Notes under the pieces: model-generated
Seen by the model: the letters and a program-made list of their open reading frames with translations, nothing else
Database searches by the model: none
What the model was told of the DNA's origin: nothing
Part shown: piece after piece, positions 36,800-47,736 of the stretch
Numbering within the stretch: the stretch's first letter is position 1
Layout: the number at the start of each line of letters is the position of its first letter
Translations under genes and position numbers: made by a program
NCBI GenBank assembly: GCA_014879445.1
Contig: JACSSC010000026.1
Span: 2,033 to 66,032, forward strand
Source of the DNA: Candidatus Competibacteraceae bacterium
GTDB lineage: Bacteria > Bacteroidota > Bacteroidia > CAIKAF01
Direction: 5' to 3'
Length of the DNA: 64,000 nucleotides

Positions 36800-38077
36800 A
36801 TGGAAGTTGCATTGGTTTTATTCCTGTTAATTATACTGGTCGCTACCGGGTCTCAACTGTTTCTGCTTATTGGCGCAATCAGCTTGGCATTGTTTGCACT
36901 ACTTGGCGATGTAGAACTTTTTTCGGTTACCAAAGACATGTTTGATACTGTAAATAAGCCGGCGCTATTATCAATACCCCTTTATGTTTTTGCCGGCGCC
37001 GTTATGGCTAAAGGCGAAATTGCAAAGCGACTAATTGACCTAATGATAGCTATGTTTGGATGGATTAAAGGCGGGCTTGCTATTGGCGCTATCCTTGCCT
37101 GTGTGGTCTTTGCGGCCATCTCAGGATCTTCTCCTGTTACATTATTAGCCATTGGCTCAGTCATGTTTCCAGCTATGCTTTCACACGGATACCCTGAAAA
37201 ATTAGCCATAGGAAGCATTACTGCTTCGGGTTCACTTGGCATCATCATTCCGCCAAGTATTCCTATGATTATCTTTTCGATTATGACAGGAGCAGATGTA
37301 AATAAATTATTTATTGCAGGCATTGTGCCCGGCCTAATCACGGCTGCATTACTCATTGCATTAGCTCTTATTATTGCCCGTCGCTATCCATTGCAAACCA
37401 TCCCTTTCTCAATGCGTAATCTAGGTAAAAACTTCATCAACAGTATTCCCGCTTTGATAATGCCATTTCTTATTATTGGCGGTATTTATGGTGGCATATA
37501 TAATGTAACTGAAGCTGCATCTGTTGGCGCTGTTTATGCAATTCTTATAGAGCTGTTTTATTTTCGCAAATCAGGATGGAAAGATATTGCCAATACATTA
37601 TACGACTCCGTTGTAATCTTAGGCACCATTTTTATTATCATCGCGATGGCAGCTGTTTTTAACCGCTTTCTGATTCTTCAAGATGTGCCCTTTTGGTTAT
37701 TGGAAAACCTTTCAGGATGGGTAACTTCTCAAACTAAATTTCTAATTGTTTCGGTATGCATGCTTCTGATAGTAGGATTATTTATGGATGCAATTTCTGC
37801 CATACTGATTATGGCTCCATTGTTGTTGCCAATGGCCCGCATGTATGATGTAAATCTCATTCACTTTGGGATTGTCTTTACTTTAGCTCTCGAAATCGGA
37901 TATCTGACACCACCAGTAGGAATCAATCTTTTTGTTTCTTCAGGCGTATTTAACCGTCCTTTTGGAAAAGTAGTAGCCGCCACATTACCGTACATGCTTA
38001 TTATTTTCCTTTCGCTGGCTATTATCACTTTTGTACCCGAACTCATCCTATGGGTTGAAGGCAACAATGCAAACTAA
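36800..38077 (+). CDS. TRAP transporter large permease (DctM family)
   Basis: 425 aa polytopic membrane protein with a DctM-like pattern (…GIIIPPSIPMIIFS…, GINLFVSSGV). Confidence 0.85.
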   Translation: MEVALVLFLLIILVATGSQLFLLIGAISLALFALLGDVELFSVTKDMFDTVNKPALLSIPLYVFAGAVMAKGEIAKRLIDLMIAMFGWIKGGLAIGAILACVVFAAISGSSPVTLLAIGSVMFPAMLSHGYPEKLAIGSITASGSLGIIIPPSIPMIIFSIMTGADVNKLFIAGIVPGLITAALLIALALIIARRYPLQTIPFSMRNLGKNFINSIPALIMPFLIIGGIYGGIYNVTEAASVGAVYAILIELFYFRKSGWKDIANTLYDSVVILGTIFIIIAMAAVFNRFLILQDVPFWLLENLSGWVTSQTKFLIVSVCMLLIVGLFMDAISAILIMAPLLLPMARMYDVNLIHFGIVFTLALEIGYLTPPVGINLFVSSGVFNRPFGKVVAATLPYMLIIFLSLAIITFVPELILWVEGNNAN

Positions 38078-39618
38078 TCTAGATTTGCCAACAACTTTGT
38101 AATAGACGTTTTATCCCTTACTTCTGAAACCAACCGATCAATACTGATTCGTTCCTGCACCATAGAATCACGTTCACGCAATGTAACAGTATTGTCTTGC
38201 AGAGTGTCTTGATCAATGGTAATGCAAAATGGTGTGCCAATGGCATCTTGCCGGCGATAACGACGACCAATTGCATCCTTATCATCAAACTGACAATTCA
38301 CCTCTAATTTAAGTTTGTGATATACCTCCATGGCTTTTTCAGGCATGCCATCTTTTTTGACTAAAGGCAATACAGCCACCTTAACTGGTGCTAATTGAGC
38401 AGGAATGCGTAACAGGGTGCGTTCAGAACCATCAGGCAACTTTTCATCTGTATAAGATGCTGAAAGAACCGACATAAACATACGATCCAATCCAATGGCT
38501 GTCTCTACCACATACGGAATATAATTTTGATTCAGTTCGGCATCAAAATATTGTTGTTTACGACTGCTAAATTTTTCGTGTGCCTTGAGATCAAAATCTG
38601 TTCGACTGTGAATCCCTTCCATCTCTTTAAAACCCATAGGAAAATCAAACTCAATATCACATGCTGCATTAGCATAATGTGCTAATTTGATATGATCATG
38701 AAACCGATAACGGGCATCACCCATCCCCAAATTGCGATGCCATTTCATGCGAGTTGATTTCCAATACTCATACCATTCCATTTCGTCGCCGGGTCTAACA
38801 AAAAACTGCATTTCCATCTGCTCAAATTCACGCATGCGAAAAATAAACTGGCGGGCAATTATTTCATTTCGAAATGCTTTGCCGATTTGACAAATTCCGA
38901 ATGGAATTTTCATACGACCGGAGCGTTGCACATTAAGAAAATTGACGTAAGAACCCTGGGCGGTTTCAGGACGCAAATAAATGACACTTGATTCGCCGCT
39001 AACCGACCCCAATTCTGTAGCAAACATCAGATTAAATTGTCGCACATCCGTCCAATTACGAGTTCCTGAAACTGGATCTACAATCTCCAAATCCAAAATC
39101 AATTGTTTAACTGCCTGTAAATCGTTTTCTTCGAGCGCATTTTTCATTCTTGATTCAATCACTTCAATCTGTTTGCTGTATTCAACAACACGAGGATGTG
39201 TAGCAACAAACTGATTCATGTTAAAGTCATCACCAAAACGCTTGGCTGCCTTTTCTACTTCTTTATGAATTTTGGCACGCAACTTTTCGATATACTCCTC
39301 AATCAGCACATCGGCCCGATATCTTTTTTTAGAATCCTTATTATCAATAAGCGGATCATTAAAAGCATCAACGTGACCACTCGCTTTCCACACGGTAGGA
39401 TGCATAAATATCGCACTATCAATTCCCACAATATTGTCGTGCATACGCACCATAGCTTTCCACCAATACTCCTCAATATTGTTTTTCAACTCTTTTCCAT
39501 ACTGCCCATAATCATACGTAGCACTGAGCCCGTCATAAATTTCTGATGATGGAAAAATGAATCCATACTCTTTTGAGTGTGATATGATGTTCTTTAATAA
39601 GTCGTCGTGTGATGACAT
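38074..39618 (-). CDS. glyQS: Glycine--tRNA ligase (homodimeric class II form)
   Basis: 514 aa with a class II aaRS core and the typical GlyRS N-terminus ([30 protein letters not shown]). Confidence 0.92.
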   Translation of the reverse strand: MSSHDDLLKNIISHSKEYGFIFPSSEIYDGLSATYDYGQYGKELKNNIEEYWWKAMVRMHDNIVGIDSAIFMHPTVWKASGHVDAFNDPLIDNKDSKKRYRADVLIEEYIEKLRAKIHKEVEKAAKRFGDDFNMNQFVATHPRVVEYSKQIEVIESRMKNALEENDLQAVKQLILDLEIVDPVSGTRNWTDVRQFNLMFATELGSVSGESSVIYLRPETAQGSYVNFLNVQRSGRMKIPFGICQIGKAFRNEIIARQFIFRMREFEQMEMQFFVRPGDEMEWYEYWKSTRMKWHRNLGMGDARYRFHDHIKLAHYANAACDIEFDFPMGFKEMEGIHSRTDFDLKAHEKFSSRKQQYFDAELNQNYIPYVVETAIGLDRMFMSVLSASYTDEKLPDGSERTLLRIPAQLAPVKVAVLPLVKKDGMPEKAMEVYHKLKLEVNCQFDDKDAIGRRYRRQDAIGTPFCITIDQDTLQDNTVTLRERDSMVQERISIDRLVSEVRDKTSITKLLANLD

Positions 39619-39737
39619 GCCCTAAAATTTTGGCTTCAAAGATAGAAAATCAATGTATGAAAAAATCACTTTCAATCCATCCTCATCCACAGAATGTACA
39701 ACAAACTCAGATTGATTGTTACCTTTGCCTGTTCGTT

Positions 39738-41045
39738 ATGGGAAATATTGTAGCTATTGTAGGTCGCCCCAATGTGGGAAAATCAACCTTGTTCAACCGA
39801 ATTACGGAAACAAGAGATGCCATCGTTGATGAATTTAGCGGAGTTACACGCGACCGCCATTACGGAACCGGTGATTGGGGTGGTAAAACCTTTACGCTCA
39901 TTGATACCGGCGGCTATGTGAGCGGATCAAGCGATGTGTTTGAGCAGGAAATCCGAAAACAAGTACTGCTTGCCATTGATGAAGCCGACGTGATTTTGTT
40001 TGTAGCAGATACCACTACAGGCATTACTGATTACGACGAACAAGTAGCTGATTTGCTTCGCAAAACCCATAAGCCCGTTTTAGTAGTAGCCAATAAAGTA
40101 GATAATTTTGATAGAATTCCCGACACAGCCGTTTTTTATGCATTTGGGCTGCATGATGAGGTTTTTCCTGTCTGTTCAATTAGCGGTTCGGGTACCGGTG
40201 AGCTTCTTGACCGCATCGTAGAATTGCTCCCCAAAACATCTACAGAACCTCCTGAAAATATTCCTAAGATAGCCATTGTTGGTCGTCCTAACGTAGGCAA
40301 ATCATCACTCACAAATGCACTCCTCGGCGAAGAAAGAAACATCGTAACCCCCATTGCCGGAACTACACGCGATGCCATCTTCACCCGATTCAACTCTTTT
40401 GGTTTCGATTTTTATCTTATTGACACAGCAGGTTTGCGTAAAAAAACAAAAGTACACGAAGACCTGGAATTTTACTCTGTACTGCGAAGCATTCGAACCA
40501 TAGAAAGTAGCGATGTGTGCATACTTATGACAGACGCTACTGAAGATTTTGAAAGTCAGGACATGAATATTTTTCACCTGATAAAAAAAAATCATAAAGG
40601 ATGTGTTATTTTGGTAAACAAATGGGACCTTGTGCAAAAAGACCATAAAACCTCTGAGCACTATCAAAAAATCATTGAAAGAAAAATTGCTCCATTTACA
40701 GACGTTCCCATACTTTTTACATCAGTTCCCGAAAAACAACGCATCTTTAAAGCCCTTGAAACCACTCTTCGAGTTTATGAAAACCGTAAGAGGCGAATCC
40801 CTACACATCAACTTAATGAATTTATTTTGCCTATTATTGAAGAAACACCTCCACCGGCCATCAAAGGCAAATACATTAAAGTAAAATATGCCACCCAACT
40901 CCCGATTGCTTATCCGGCTTTTGTGTTTTTCTGTAATCTGCCACAATACGTCAAAGACCCTTATAAACGCTTTATTGAAAATAAAATCAGAAGCCATTAC
41001 GACTTTACAGGTGTGCCCATTGAAATTTTCTTCAGACAGAAATAA
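39738..41045 (+). CDS. der: Ribosome-associated GTPase Der (EngA), tandem G-domains plus KH-like domain
   Basis: Two G-domains ([12 protein letters not shown]... and [12 protein letters not shown]...). ATG at 39738 ([16 protein letters not shown]) chosen; the track start at 39609 is GTG and overlaps glyQS. Confidence 0.9.
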   Translation: MGNIVAIVGRPNVGKSTLFNRITETRDAIVDEFSGVTRDRHYGTGDWGGKTFTLIDTGGYVSGSSDVFEQEIRKQVLLAIDEADVILFVADTTTGITDYDEQVADLLRKTHKPVLVVANKVDNFDRIPDTAVFYAFGLHDEVFPVCSISGSGTGELLDRIVELLPKTSTEPPENIPKIAIVGRPNVGKSSLTNALLGEERNIVTPIAGTTRDAIFTRFNSFGFDFYLIDTAGLRKKTKVHEDLEFYSVLRSIRTIESSDVCILMTDATEDFESQDMNIFHLIKKNHKGCVILVNKWDLVQKDHKTSEHYQKIIERKIAPFTDVPILFTSVPEKQRIFKALETTLRVYENRKRRIPTHQLNEFILPIIEETPPPAIKGKYIKVKYATQLPIAYPAFVFFCNLPQYVKDPYKRFIENKIRSHYDFTGVPIEIFFRQK

Positions 41046-41077
41046 ACCATTTTCCTCTTTCTTTTATTTTATTCCTT

Positions 41078-41085
41078 TATATTTG
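41078..41085 (+). promoter_or_regulatory. Candidate -7 box TAtaTTTG upstream of pyrR
   Basis: TATATTTG at 41078..41085, 19 nt before the pyrR ATG. Matches the Bacteroidota TAnnTTTG consensus. Confidence 0.3.
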
Positions 41086-41104
41086 CATCAGCAAAAAACC
41101 CTTG

Positions 41105-41653
41105 ATGGATACAAAACTTTTGCTTGATAGCAGGCACTTTAACATTACCCTCGATCGCCTTTGCTATCAACTTATTGAGAACCATCATCAATTCGACCAT
41201 ACTGTTTTGATAGGCGTTCAGCCCCGCGGCATTTATCTTTCTGAACGAATTCATAAACGTCTAACAGAAATTATTGGGCGAAAAGATATTCGACATGGAA
41301 TATTAGATATTACATTTTTTCGCGATGATTTCAGACGAAGAGACGAGCCATTGGTGCCTAGCGCCACTCAAATTGATTTCATCATCGAAGAAAAAAATGT
41401 TGTGTTGATAGATGATGTACTGTATACTGGAAGAACCATCAGAGCTGCATTAGATGCCATTTTGGCTTTCGGCAGACCCCGCAATGTTGAATTACTGGTG
41501 CTGATAGATCGAAAATTCAGCAGGCAATTACCCGTACAGGCCGATTACATTGGCGCTACTGTTGATGCAATTACCAGTCAGAAAGTAAAAGTTGAATGGG
41601 CCGAACAAGAAGGGAAAGATCAAGTCATACTTTATACACCGGTTAAATCATAA
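41105..41653 (+). CDS. pyrR: Bifunctional pyrimidine operon regulator / uracil phosphoribosyltransferase PyrR
   Basis: PRTase motif VVLIDDVLYTGRTIRAAL and a PyrR-like N-terminus. ATG at 41105. Confidence 0.88.
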   Translation: MDTKLLLDSRHFNITLDRLCYQLIENHHQFDHTVLIGVQPRGIYLSERIHKRLTEIIGRKDIRHGILDITFFRDDFRRRDEPLVPSATQIDFIIEEKNVVLIDDVLYTGRTIRAALDAILAFGRPRNVELLVLIDRKFSRQLPVQADYIGATVDAITSQKVKVEWAEQEGKDQVILYTPVKS

Positions 41654-41655
41654 AC

Positions 41656-42606
41656 ATGGAAAGCTTAAGCACACGACATCTAACTGGCATAAAAAACCTA
41701 ACCCTTCAAGATGTTGAGCTTATTCTTTCAACTGCTCTTCAATTTAAAGAAATCATCAACCGCCCTATCAAAAAAGTGCCCTCGTTGCGTGATGTTACCG
41801 TTGCCAATCTTTTCTTCGAAAATTCTACACGTACCAAACTTTCCTTTGAGATAGCCGAAAAACGACTTTCTGCCGACATAATCAATTTCTCATCCTCTGG
41901 ATCTTCGGTTAGCAAGGGCGAAACTTTAGTTGACACCGCCAATAACATTTTGGCAATGAAGGTGGATATGATTGTGATGCGTCATCCCCATCCCGGTGCA
42001 GCAATTTTTCTTGCCAATCAGCTAAAAAAATATCCTAAAAGCGCTCACGCCCAAATCATCAATGCAGGAGATGGCACACACGAACATCCTACTCAAGCGC
42101 TGCTCGACGCATTCTCAATACAACAAAGCTGTGGAAGTATCACAGGGAAAAAAGTAGCTATTATAGGCGACATCATGCACTCCAGAGTTGCCCTATCTAA
42201 CATTTACTGCCTCCAAAAAATGGGTGCAGAAGTGTGTGTTTGTGGCCCACCCACACTCATTCCCAAACATATTTCATCGCTGGGTGTTGCCGTTTCACAC
42301 AACCTTATTGAAACCCTCCTTTGGTGCGACGTTGCCAATATGCTCCGCATACAATTCGAACGACAACAACTCAAATACTTCCCCTCTCTCAGAGAATACG
42401 CCTTACATTTCGGCCTTACTAAAAAGAAACTCGATACACTTAACAAGCCCATCACCATCATGCATCCCGGCCCCATCAACCGTGGTGTGGAAATTACAAG
42501 CGATGTAGCCGACTCCGGCCACTCTATCATTCTCGAACAGGTAGAAAACGGCGTGGCCGTCAGAATGGCTGTTTTATATCTGCTTGCAGGCAAACACCAG
42601 TCCTGA
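41656..42606 (+). CDS. pyrB: Aspartate carbamoyltransferase catalytic subunit
   Basis: STRTR motif (FFENSTRTKLSFE) and HPxQ (HEHPTQALLD) carbamoyl-phosphate binding motifs. 316 aa. Confidence 0.9.
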   Translation: MESLSTRHLTGIKNLTLQDVELILSTALQFKEIINRPIKKVPSLRDVTVANLFFENSTRTKLSFEIAEKRLSADIINFSSSGSSVSKGETLVDTANNILAMKVDMIVMRHPHPGAAIFLANQLKKYPKSAHAQIINAGDGTHEHPTQALLDAFSIQQSCGSITGKKVAIIGDIMHSRVALSNIYCLQKMGAEVCVCGPPTLIPKHISSLGVAVSHNLIETLLWCDVANMLRIQFERQQLKYFPSLREYALHFGLTKKKLDTLNKPITIMHPGPINRGVEITSDVADSGHSIILEQVENGVAVRMAVLYLLAGKHQS

Positions 42607-42685
42607 TTCCTTGTTATTAATATTTAACAATCAACTTCTTTTTTTGCACTGCAAATACTCATTACCTTTGAAAAAAAATACAACC

Positions 42686-43543
42686 ATGAAAAAACTAATG
42701 ATTTTACTTGCTCCTTTTATTTTGTTCTCTTGTGGCGGCGGCTCTCAAGCCAATACGGATCAAATGAAACGTGAGCTTGACAGCTTAAAAAATCTGCAGG
42801 CCGAATCATCAGCTGCCGTTGATACATACATCGGCGATTTGAACGAAATTTACGAATCGTTGGAAGAAGTAAAAAGAAAAGAAGGTGCCATTTCAAAATC
42901 CGCATCCATGAGTGGCGAAATTGCTGCTGACAAAAAAACCCTGATACAAGAAGACATCATGCTTATTGATCAAATGATGCAGGAAAACAGAGAAAAATTA
43001 GAATCGCTAAGAAAAAAAGTAAAGAAAAGCGACCAAAAAATGGTTGAATTGGAAAAACTCATTGCTACCCTGCAAAAACAAATCGAAGATAAAGACAAGG
43101 AAATTGCCGTACTTAAATTACAACTCGAAGGCCTGAATATTGAATTAGACAACCTGACCGCTTCATACGACAATTTGAGCAAAGAAAACGAAGACAACAA
43201 AGAGACCATCCTTAAACAAACAGAAGAACTGAATACCGTATATTTTGTTATGGGTACTTTTAAAGAACTGGTTGATAACAAAGTGTTGGATAAAGGGGGG
43301 GCGTTTTCTGTAAAAGCAGGAGCAAAACTTTCTGCCGACGTAAATCTCGATTACTTCACAAAAGGTGATTTGCGCAATCTCAAAGAAATTAAAACCGGTA
43401 ACCGGAAAATCACCATTAAATCTTCGCACCCATCTGGCTCATATAGCTTAGTGCCTTCTGAAGGAAAAATTGAAAAAATTGTAATTAATGATGCACAATC
43501 CTTTTGGAAAAACTCAAAATACTGTGTTATTCTATTCAATTAA
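42686..43543 (+). CDS. Hypothetical coiled-coil lipoprotein
   Basis: Lipoprotein signal MKKLMILLAPFILFSCGGGSQ (ATG at 42686), followed by a long heptad-rich charged region. Confidence 0.55.
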   Translation: MKKLMILLAPFILFSCGGGSQANTDQMKRELDSLKNLQAESSAAVDTYIGDLNEIYESLEEVKRKEGAISKSASMSGEIAADKKTLIQEDIMLIDQMMQENREKLESLRKKVKKSDQKMVELEKLIATLQKQIEDKDKEIAVLKLQLEGLNIELDNLTASYDNLSKENEDNKETILKQTEELNTVYFVMGTFKELVDNKVLDKGGAFSVKAGAKLSADVNLDYFTKGDLRNLKEIKTGNRKITIKSSHPSGSYSLVPSEGKIEKIVINDAQSFWKNSKYCVILFN

Positions 43544-43611
43544 TCCTTTTTAAGGCATATGGTAATATTCAGACAATGTGCTAATTGTTTTTGATAAAAA
43601 CTTCTTTATCC

Positions 43612-44751
43612 CTATCTAAGCTTCAATAAGTCGTAATACAAATTTTCGTATTGAGGCAAAATAGTATGAATATCAAAAAGGCCCGCTCTTTCTTTGGCAG
43701 CCCTACTACATCGAGCATGTAATAATGGGTCTTTAAGTAGAAGGATGGATTGACGTGCTAATGTTTCAAAATCGCCAATAGGGAAAAGGAATCCCGTTTC
43801 ACCATGTTTTTGCACTTCGGGCACTCCGCCCACATCTGAACTAATTACCGGAACGCCTGATGCCATGGCCTCCAACGCCGATACGCCAAAACTCTCTGCC
43901 TCAGAAGCCAACACAAATAAATCAGCACAGTGTAATATGTTTTCGGTTGATTTGAGTTTCCCCAAAAATAACACATCGTCTGCAACACCCAGCTCTGAAG
44001 CTAAATCTTCTACCGTCTGGCGGTCGGGCCCGTCGCCAATTAGAACCAAGCGCGACGACACCTGCTCTCGGATAATCGCAAAAGCACGAATAATATCAGG
44101 AATGCGTTTAACTGGACGGAAGTTTGAAACATGCATGATAATTTTTTCATCATTAGGGGCTGCAAATTTTCGAATACAATCCTGCTGCGAAGGGCGATAT
44201 AAAGCAACATCAATGAAATTGTAAATAACACGAATAGCTTTTGATACCTCAAAATGCTTATATGTATCCCGCTTCAAACTATCCGAAACAGCGGTCACTA
44301 TATCACAGTGATTGATGGAATAATTAATAACCGGCTTATATGAACTATCTTTCCCCACTAATGTAATATCGGTTCCGTGCAATGTGCAAACTAAAGGCAA
44401 CGACATCCCTTTATCGGCAAGAATATTTTTAGCCATGATAGCAGCCGAGGCGTGCGGAATGGCATAATGCACATGCAATAAATCCAACTTTTCGTGCAGG
44501 GCAACATTCACTATCTTGCTTGTTAGGGCCGTTTCATATGGATGATACTCAAAAAGAGGATATGCTGGGATGTTCACTTCATGATAAAACACATTCTGCA
44601 CAAACCTGTCTAACCTTACTGGCTGGCTATATGAAATAAAATGCACCTGATGTCCTTTTTTGGCAAGAGCCATACCCAATTCTGTCGCCACTACACCACT
44701 TCCCCCAAACGTAGGATAAAGAACGATGCCAATATTAAGAGATGCATTCAT
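43612..44751 (-). CDS. bshA: GT4 glycosyltransferase, BshA-like (N-acetyl-alpha-D-glucosaminyl L-malate synthase, bacillithiol biosynthesis)
   Basis: N-terminus IGIVLYPTFGGSGVVATELGMALAKKGHQVHFISYSQPVRL closely follows the BshA family N-terminal signature. C-terminal GT4 EX7E-like region. Confidence 0.65.
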   Translation of the reverse strand: MNASLNIGIVLYPTFGGSGVVATELGMALAKKGHQVHFISYSQPVRLDRFVQNVFYHEVNIPAYPLFEYHPYETALTSKIVNVALHEKLDLLHVHYAIPHASAAIMAKNILADKGMSLPLVCTLHGTDITLVGKDSSYKPVINYSINHCDIVTAVSDSLKRDTYKHFEVSKAIRVIYNFIDVALYRPSQQDCIRKFAAPNDEKIIMHVSNFRPVKRIPDIIRAFAIIREQVSSRLVLIGDGPDRQTVEDLASELGVADDVLFLGKLKSTENILHCADLFVLASEAESFGVSALEAMASGVPVISSDVGGVPEVQKHGETGFLFPIGDFETLARQSILLLKDPLLHARCSRAAKERAGLFDIHTILPQYENLYYDLLKLR

Positions 44752-44857
44752 GCTCTGAAAATTAATTAACGATAATCCAAACGACGAACTAAAGAAATGC
44801 GAAATTAAAGAAATGTATTACCTTTCGGTATTAATTTCAACATAAGAAATCAATTGC

Positions 44858-45520
44858 ATGGCAACATATGCCGAAGAAAATTATTTAAAAGCCATATTTA
44901 AATTGGGCGGCAAACACCAAAAACCCGTTTCAACAAATGCTTTAGCAGCAGAGATGAACACACGTGCATCTTCCGTTACTGACATGATGAAAAAACTGTC
45001 GGGAAAAAAATGGATTCGTTATAAAAAATATCAAGGAGCCACGCTTACAAAAAAAGGCAAACAAATAGCCCTATCAGTAGTTAGAAAACACCGACTTTGG
45101 GAAGTTTTTTTGGTTAATAAACTTCATTTTGCCTGGGACGAAATACACGAAATAGCAGAGCAATTAGAGCACATTCAATCAGAAACACTCATTCAGCGAC
45201 TCGATCAATTTTTAGGACATCCCAATCAAGATCCACACGGCGACCCCATTCCTGACAAAGACGGTAATATTTCTCCTGCTGATGGCGAAACGCTTAGCAA
45301 TTTAACGCCAGGTAATTATGCTTCGGTATTAAGTGTTTCTAATCACACTCCCGAATTTTTGAAATATATTGACAGTATCAAACTTACACCAGGTACTATA
45401 TTTAGAGTTATTAAACAATATGATTATGATTACAGCTTTGTGCTTGAAGTGCAAGGCAAAGAGCTTTTGCTTTCCGAACAAGTTGCCGAACAAATCATTG
45501 TTCAAAAACATTCAAAATAG
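44858..45520 (+). CDS. Metal-dependent transcriptional regulator, DtxR/MntR family, with C-terminal FeoA-like domain
   Basis: N-terminus MATYAEENYLKAIFKLGG is the DtxR-type HTH; a dimerisation/metal-binding domain and a C-terminal SH3-like FeoA domain follow. Confidence 0.8.
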   Translation: MATYAEENYLKAIFKLGGKHQKPVSTNALAAEMNTRASSVTDMMKKLSGKKWIRYKKYQGATLTKKGKQIALSVVRKHRLWEVFLVNKLHFAWDEIHEIAEQLEHIQSETLIQRLDQFLGHPNQDPHGDPIPDKDGNISPADGETLSNLTPGNYASVLSVSNHTPEFLKYIDSIKLTPGTIFRVIKQYDYDYSFVLEVQGKELLLSEQVAEQIIVQKHSK

Positions 45521-45597
45521 CCATATAGCTTAAATCTGACTGGAAATTACTTATGTTTTGAAGCAAAATTTATACCTTTGAAACAAGTAAAAAGAAT

Positions 45598-45858
45598 ATG
45601 TTTTTAACTCGCTTTTCATTATTTAAAACTGCCAGGCCTCGTAATTTCACATACAAGCCCATGTATTACAAGCCCGACGATGAGGGGACAGAAGGGCAAG
45701 AAAAATCGTCATACAAACCAGGCAACACCATTCGCAAGTACGCAGACGAAAAATGGGGTCGAGAAACATTTCATACTCGATACGAACAATCGCGCCGTAA
45801 AATATTTGTGTTATTAGCTGTCATTCTTCTCTCAGCACTCATTTGGTTCATGCTATAA
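45598..45858 (+). CDS. Hypothetical small protein with a C-terminal transmembrane anchor
   Basis: 86 aa ending in a single hydrophobic helix (IFVLLAVILLSALIWFML). Directly upstream of mutL. Confidence 0.4.
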   Translation: MFLTRFSLFKTARPRNFTYKPMYYKPDDEGTEGQEKSSYKPGNTIRKYADEKWGRETFHTRYEQSRRKIFVLLAVILLSALIWFML

Positions 45859-45929
45859 ACCTATTCGTATTTTTTGTTGTTGCGTTATAGCGTATGCACT
45901 AACTTTGTAGCAGAAAGAAGAATCCAAAC

Positions 45930-47735
45930 ATGGCCGATATTATACATATATTACCTGATTCAATTGCCAACCAAATAGCCGCCGGCGAGGTGATACAACG
46001 ACCGGCATCAGCCGTTAAAGAACTGATTGAAAATGCCGTTGATTCAGGTGCTACACGCATCATTGTTACTGTAAAAGACGGAGGAAAAAACTTTATTCAG
46101 GTTGCCGACAATGGCAAAGGAATGAGCGAAACAGATGCCCGCCTTTGTTTTGAACGACATGCCACATCAAAAATTAAACAAGCCGATGATTTGTTTGCGA
46201 TTCGCACTAAAGGGTTTAGAGGTGAAGCTCTGGCTTCCATTGCAGCCGTAGCAAAAGTTAACCTTAAAACTCGTAGGCCCGAAGATACAGTCGGGACACA
46301 AATCGAAATTGAAGCCAGTGAGCTTTTGATGCAAGAACCGTGCAGCACACCCTCAGGCACAGTGTTTACCGTAAAAAATCTATTCTACAACATCCCAGCT
46401 CGTCGCAAATTTCTCAAATCTGACACCGTCGAAATGCGACATATCCTCGACGAATTTCAACGTATTGCTTTAGCCCATCCAGAGATAGAAATGCAATTAT
46501 TCAATAATCAATCCAATGTATATCAACTTGAGTCCGGATCCTTTCGTCAGCGCATAGTGCAACTTATGGGTAATTCGTACAACAATCGACTTGTACCTGT
46601 AAACGAGCAAACCGAGCTAGTTGCCATTTCAGGATTTATTATTAAACCCGAATTTGCCAGGAAAACAAGAGGCGAACAATTTTATTTTGTAAACGACCGC
46701 TATATCAAAAGCACTTATCTGCACCATGCTGTTCAAAATGCTTTTGATGGGTTAATTTCATCCGATGCCTTTCCAGGTTACTTCATCAAGCTCGAAGTAC
46801 CTCCTGCACAACTGGATGTAAACATTCATCCTACTAAAACAGAAGTTAAGTTTGAAGATGAAAGATTTATTTATGCCATACTCCGCTCCAGCATACGCAA
46901 TGCCCTAGGGAAATACAACATTGCTCCTAGCTTAGATTTTGAAAATGAGCCGGCATTTACACCTCCGCTCAAAAAAAACATAACTGAAATCAAAATTCCA
47001 GGTGTAACACTTACGCCCGGATACAACCCTTTTTCGGAAAGGCCTCCACAGGGATTTAGCAGTTTGGGTAAAGACAAAACCACTACACCCGACTTAAACC
47101 AAATTGAGTACATACAGCATAAACAAGATACACATCCCAATCTCCAATTTCCTGTCGAACCCACAACGCTACCTTTTTTTCAATGGTCAAACCAATATGT
47201 TGTTTGTGCTAATGAGGAGGGCTTGTGGATAATTGATCAGCATCGTGCACATGAACGCATTCTATACGAACGCATCATTCATGCAATTGCACAAAACAAA
47301 GTAGTTTCGCAAATGGAACTCTTCCCGGAAACAGTAACACTAACACCGGCTGATTATGCTATCTTTACGGAGTTACAAAATGATTTTTCTGCGCTTGGTT
47401 TTAACATCGAACCATTTGGCACACAAACCATTCTCATACGTGGCATTCCGGCTGATGCCATAGGACAGCAACCCTCAACGATGATTGAAGAATTGATAGA
47501 GCATTTCAGACAATCTAACCAGTTTTCAGCATCCGAAAAACGTAATCAAATGGCCATGCATCTTGCTTCACGCATGGCCATTAAATCAGGCATCATACTT
47601 AACCGCAATGAAATATCACAGCTAATCAAGGATTTGTTTGAATGCGAAATGCCCTACGCTACACCTTCAGGCAAATCCATCATGATGCATATGTCGCCCT
47701 ATGAAGTAGATAAACAATTCTCAAAAAATAGATAA
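45930..47735 (+). CDS. mutL: DNA mismatch repair protein MutL
   Basis: GHKL ATPase N-terminus (IANQIAAGEVIQRPASAVKELIENAVDSGAT) and a MutL C-terminal dimerisation domain. Confidence 0.93.
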   Translation: MADIIHILPDSIANQIAAGEVIQRPASAVKELIENAVDSGATRIIVTVKDGGKNFIQVADNGKGMSETDARLCFERHATSKIKQADDLFAIRTKGFRGEALASIAAVAKVNLKTRRPEDTVGTQIEIEASELLMQEPCSTPSGTVFTVKNLFYNIPARRKFLKSDTVEMRHILDEFQRIALAHPEIEMQLFNNQSNVYQLESGSFRQRIVQLMGNSYNNRLVPVNEQTELVAISGFIIKPEFARKTRGEQFYFVNDRYIKSTYLHHAVQNAFDGLISSDAFPGYFIKLEVPPAQLDVNIHPTKTEVKFEDERFIYAILRSSIRNALGKYNIAPSLDFENEPAFTPPLKKNITEIKIPGVTLTPGYNPFSERPPQGFSSLGKDKTTTPDLNQIEYIQHKQDTHPNLQFPVEPTTLPFFQWSNQYVVCANEEGLWIIDQHRAHERILYERIIHAIAQNKVVSQMELFPETVTLTPADYAIFTELQNDFSALGFNIEPFGTQTILIRGIPADAIGQQPSTMIEELIEHFRQSNQFSASEKRNQMAMHLASRMAIKSGIILNRNEISQLIKDLFECEMPYATPSGKSIMMHMSPYEVDKQFSKNR

Positions 47736-47736
47736 A

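Noticed and set aside
41046-41104. PyrR-binding attenuator upstream of pyrR
   Set aside because: Only 59 bp separate the der stop from the pyrR ATG, which is too short for a terminator/antiterminator leader. Only a candidate -7 promoter box is reported.
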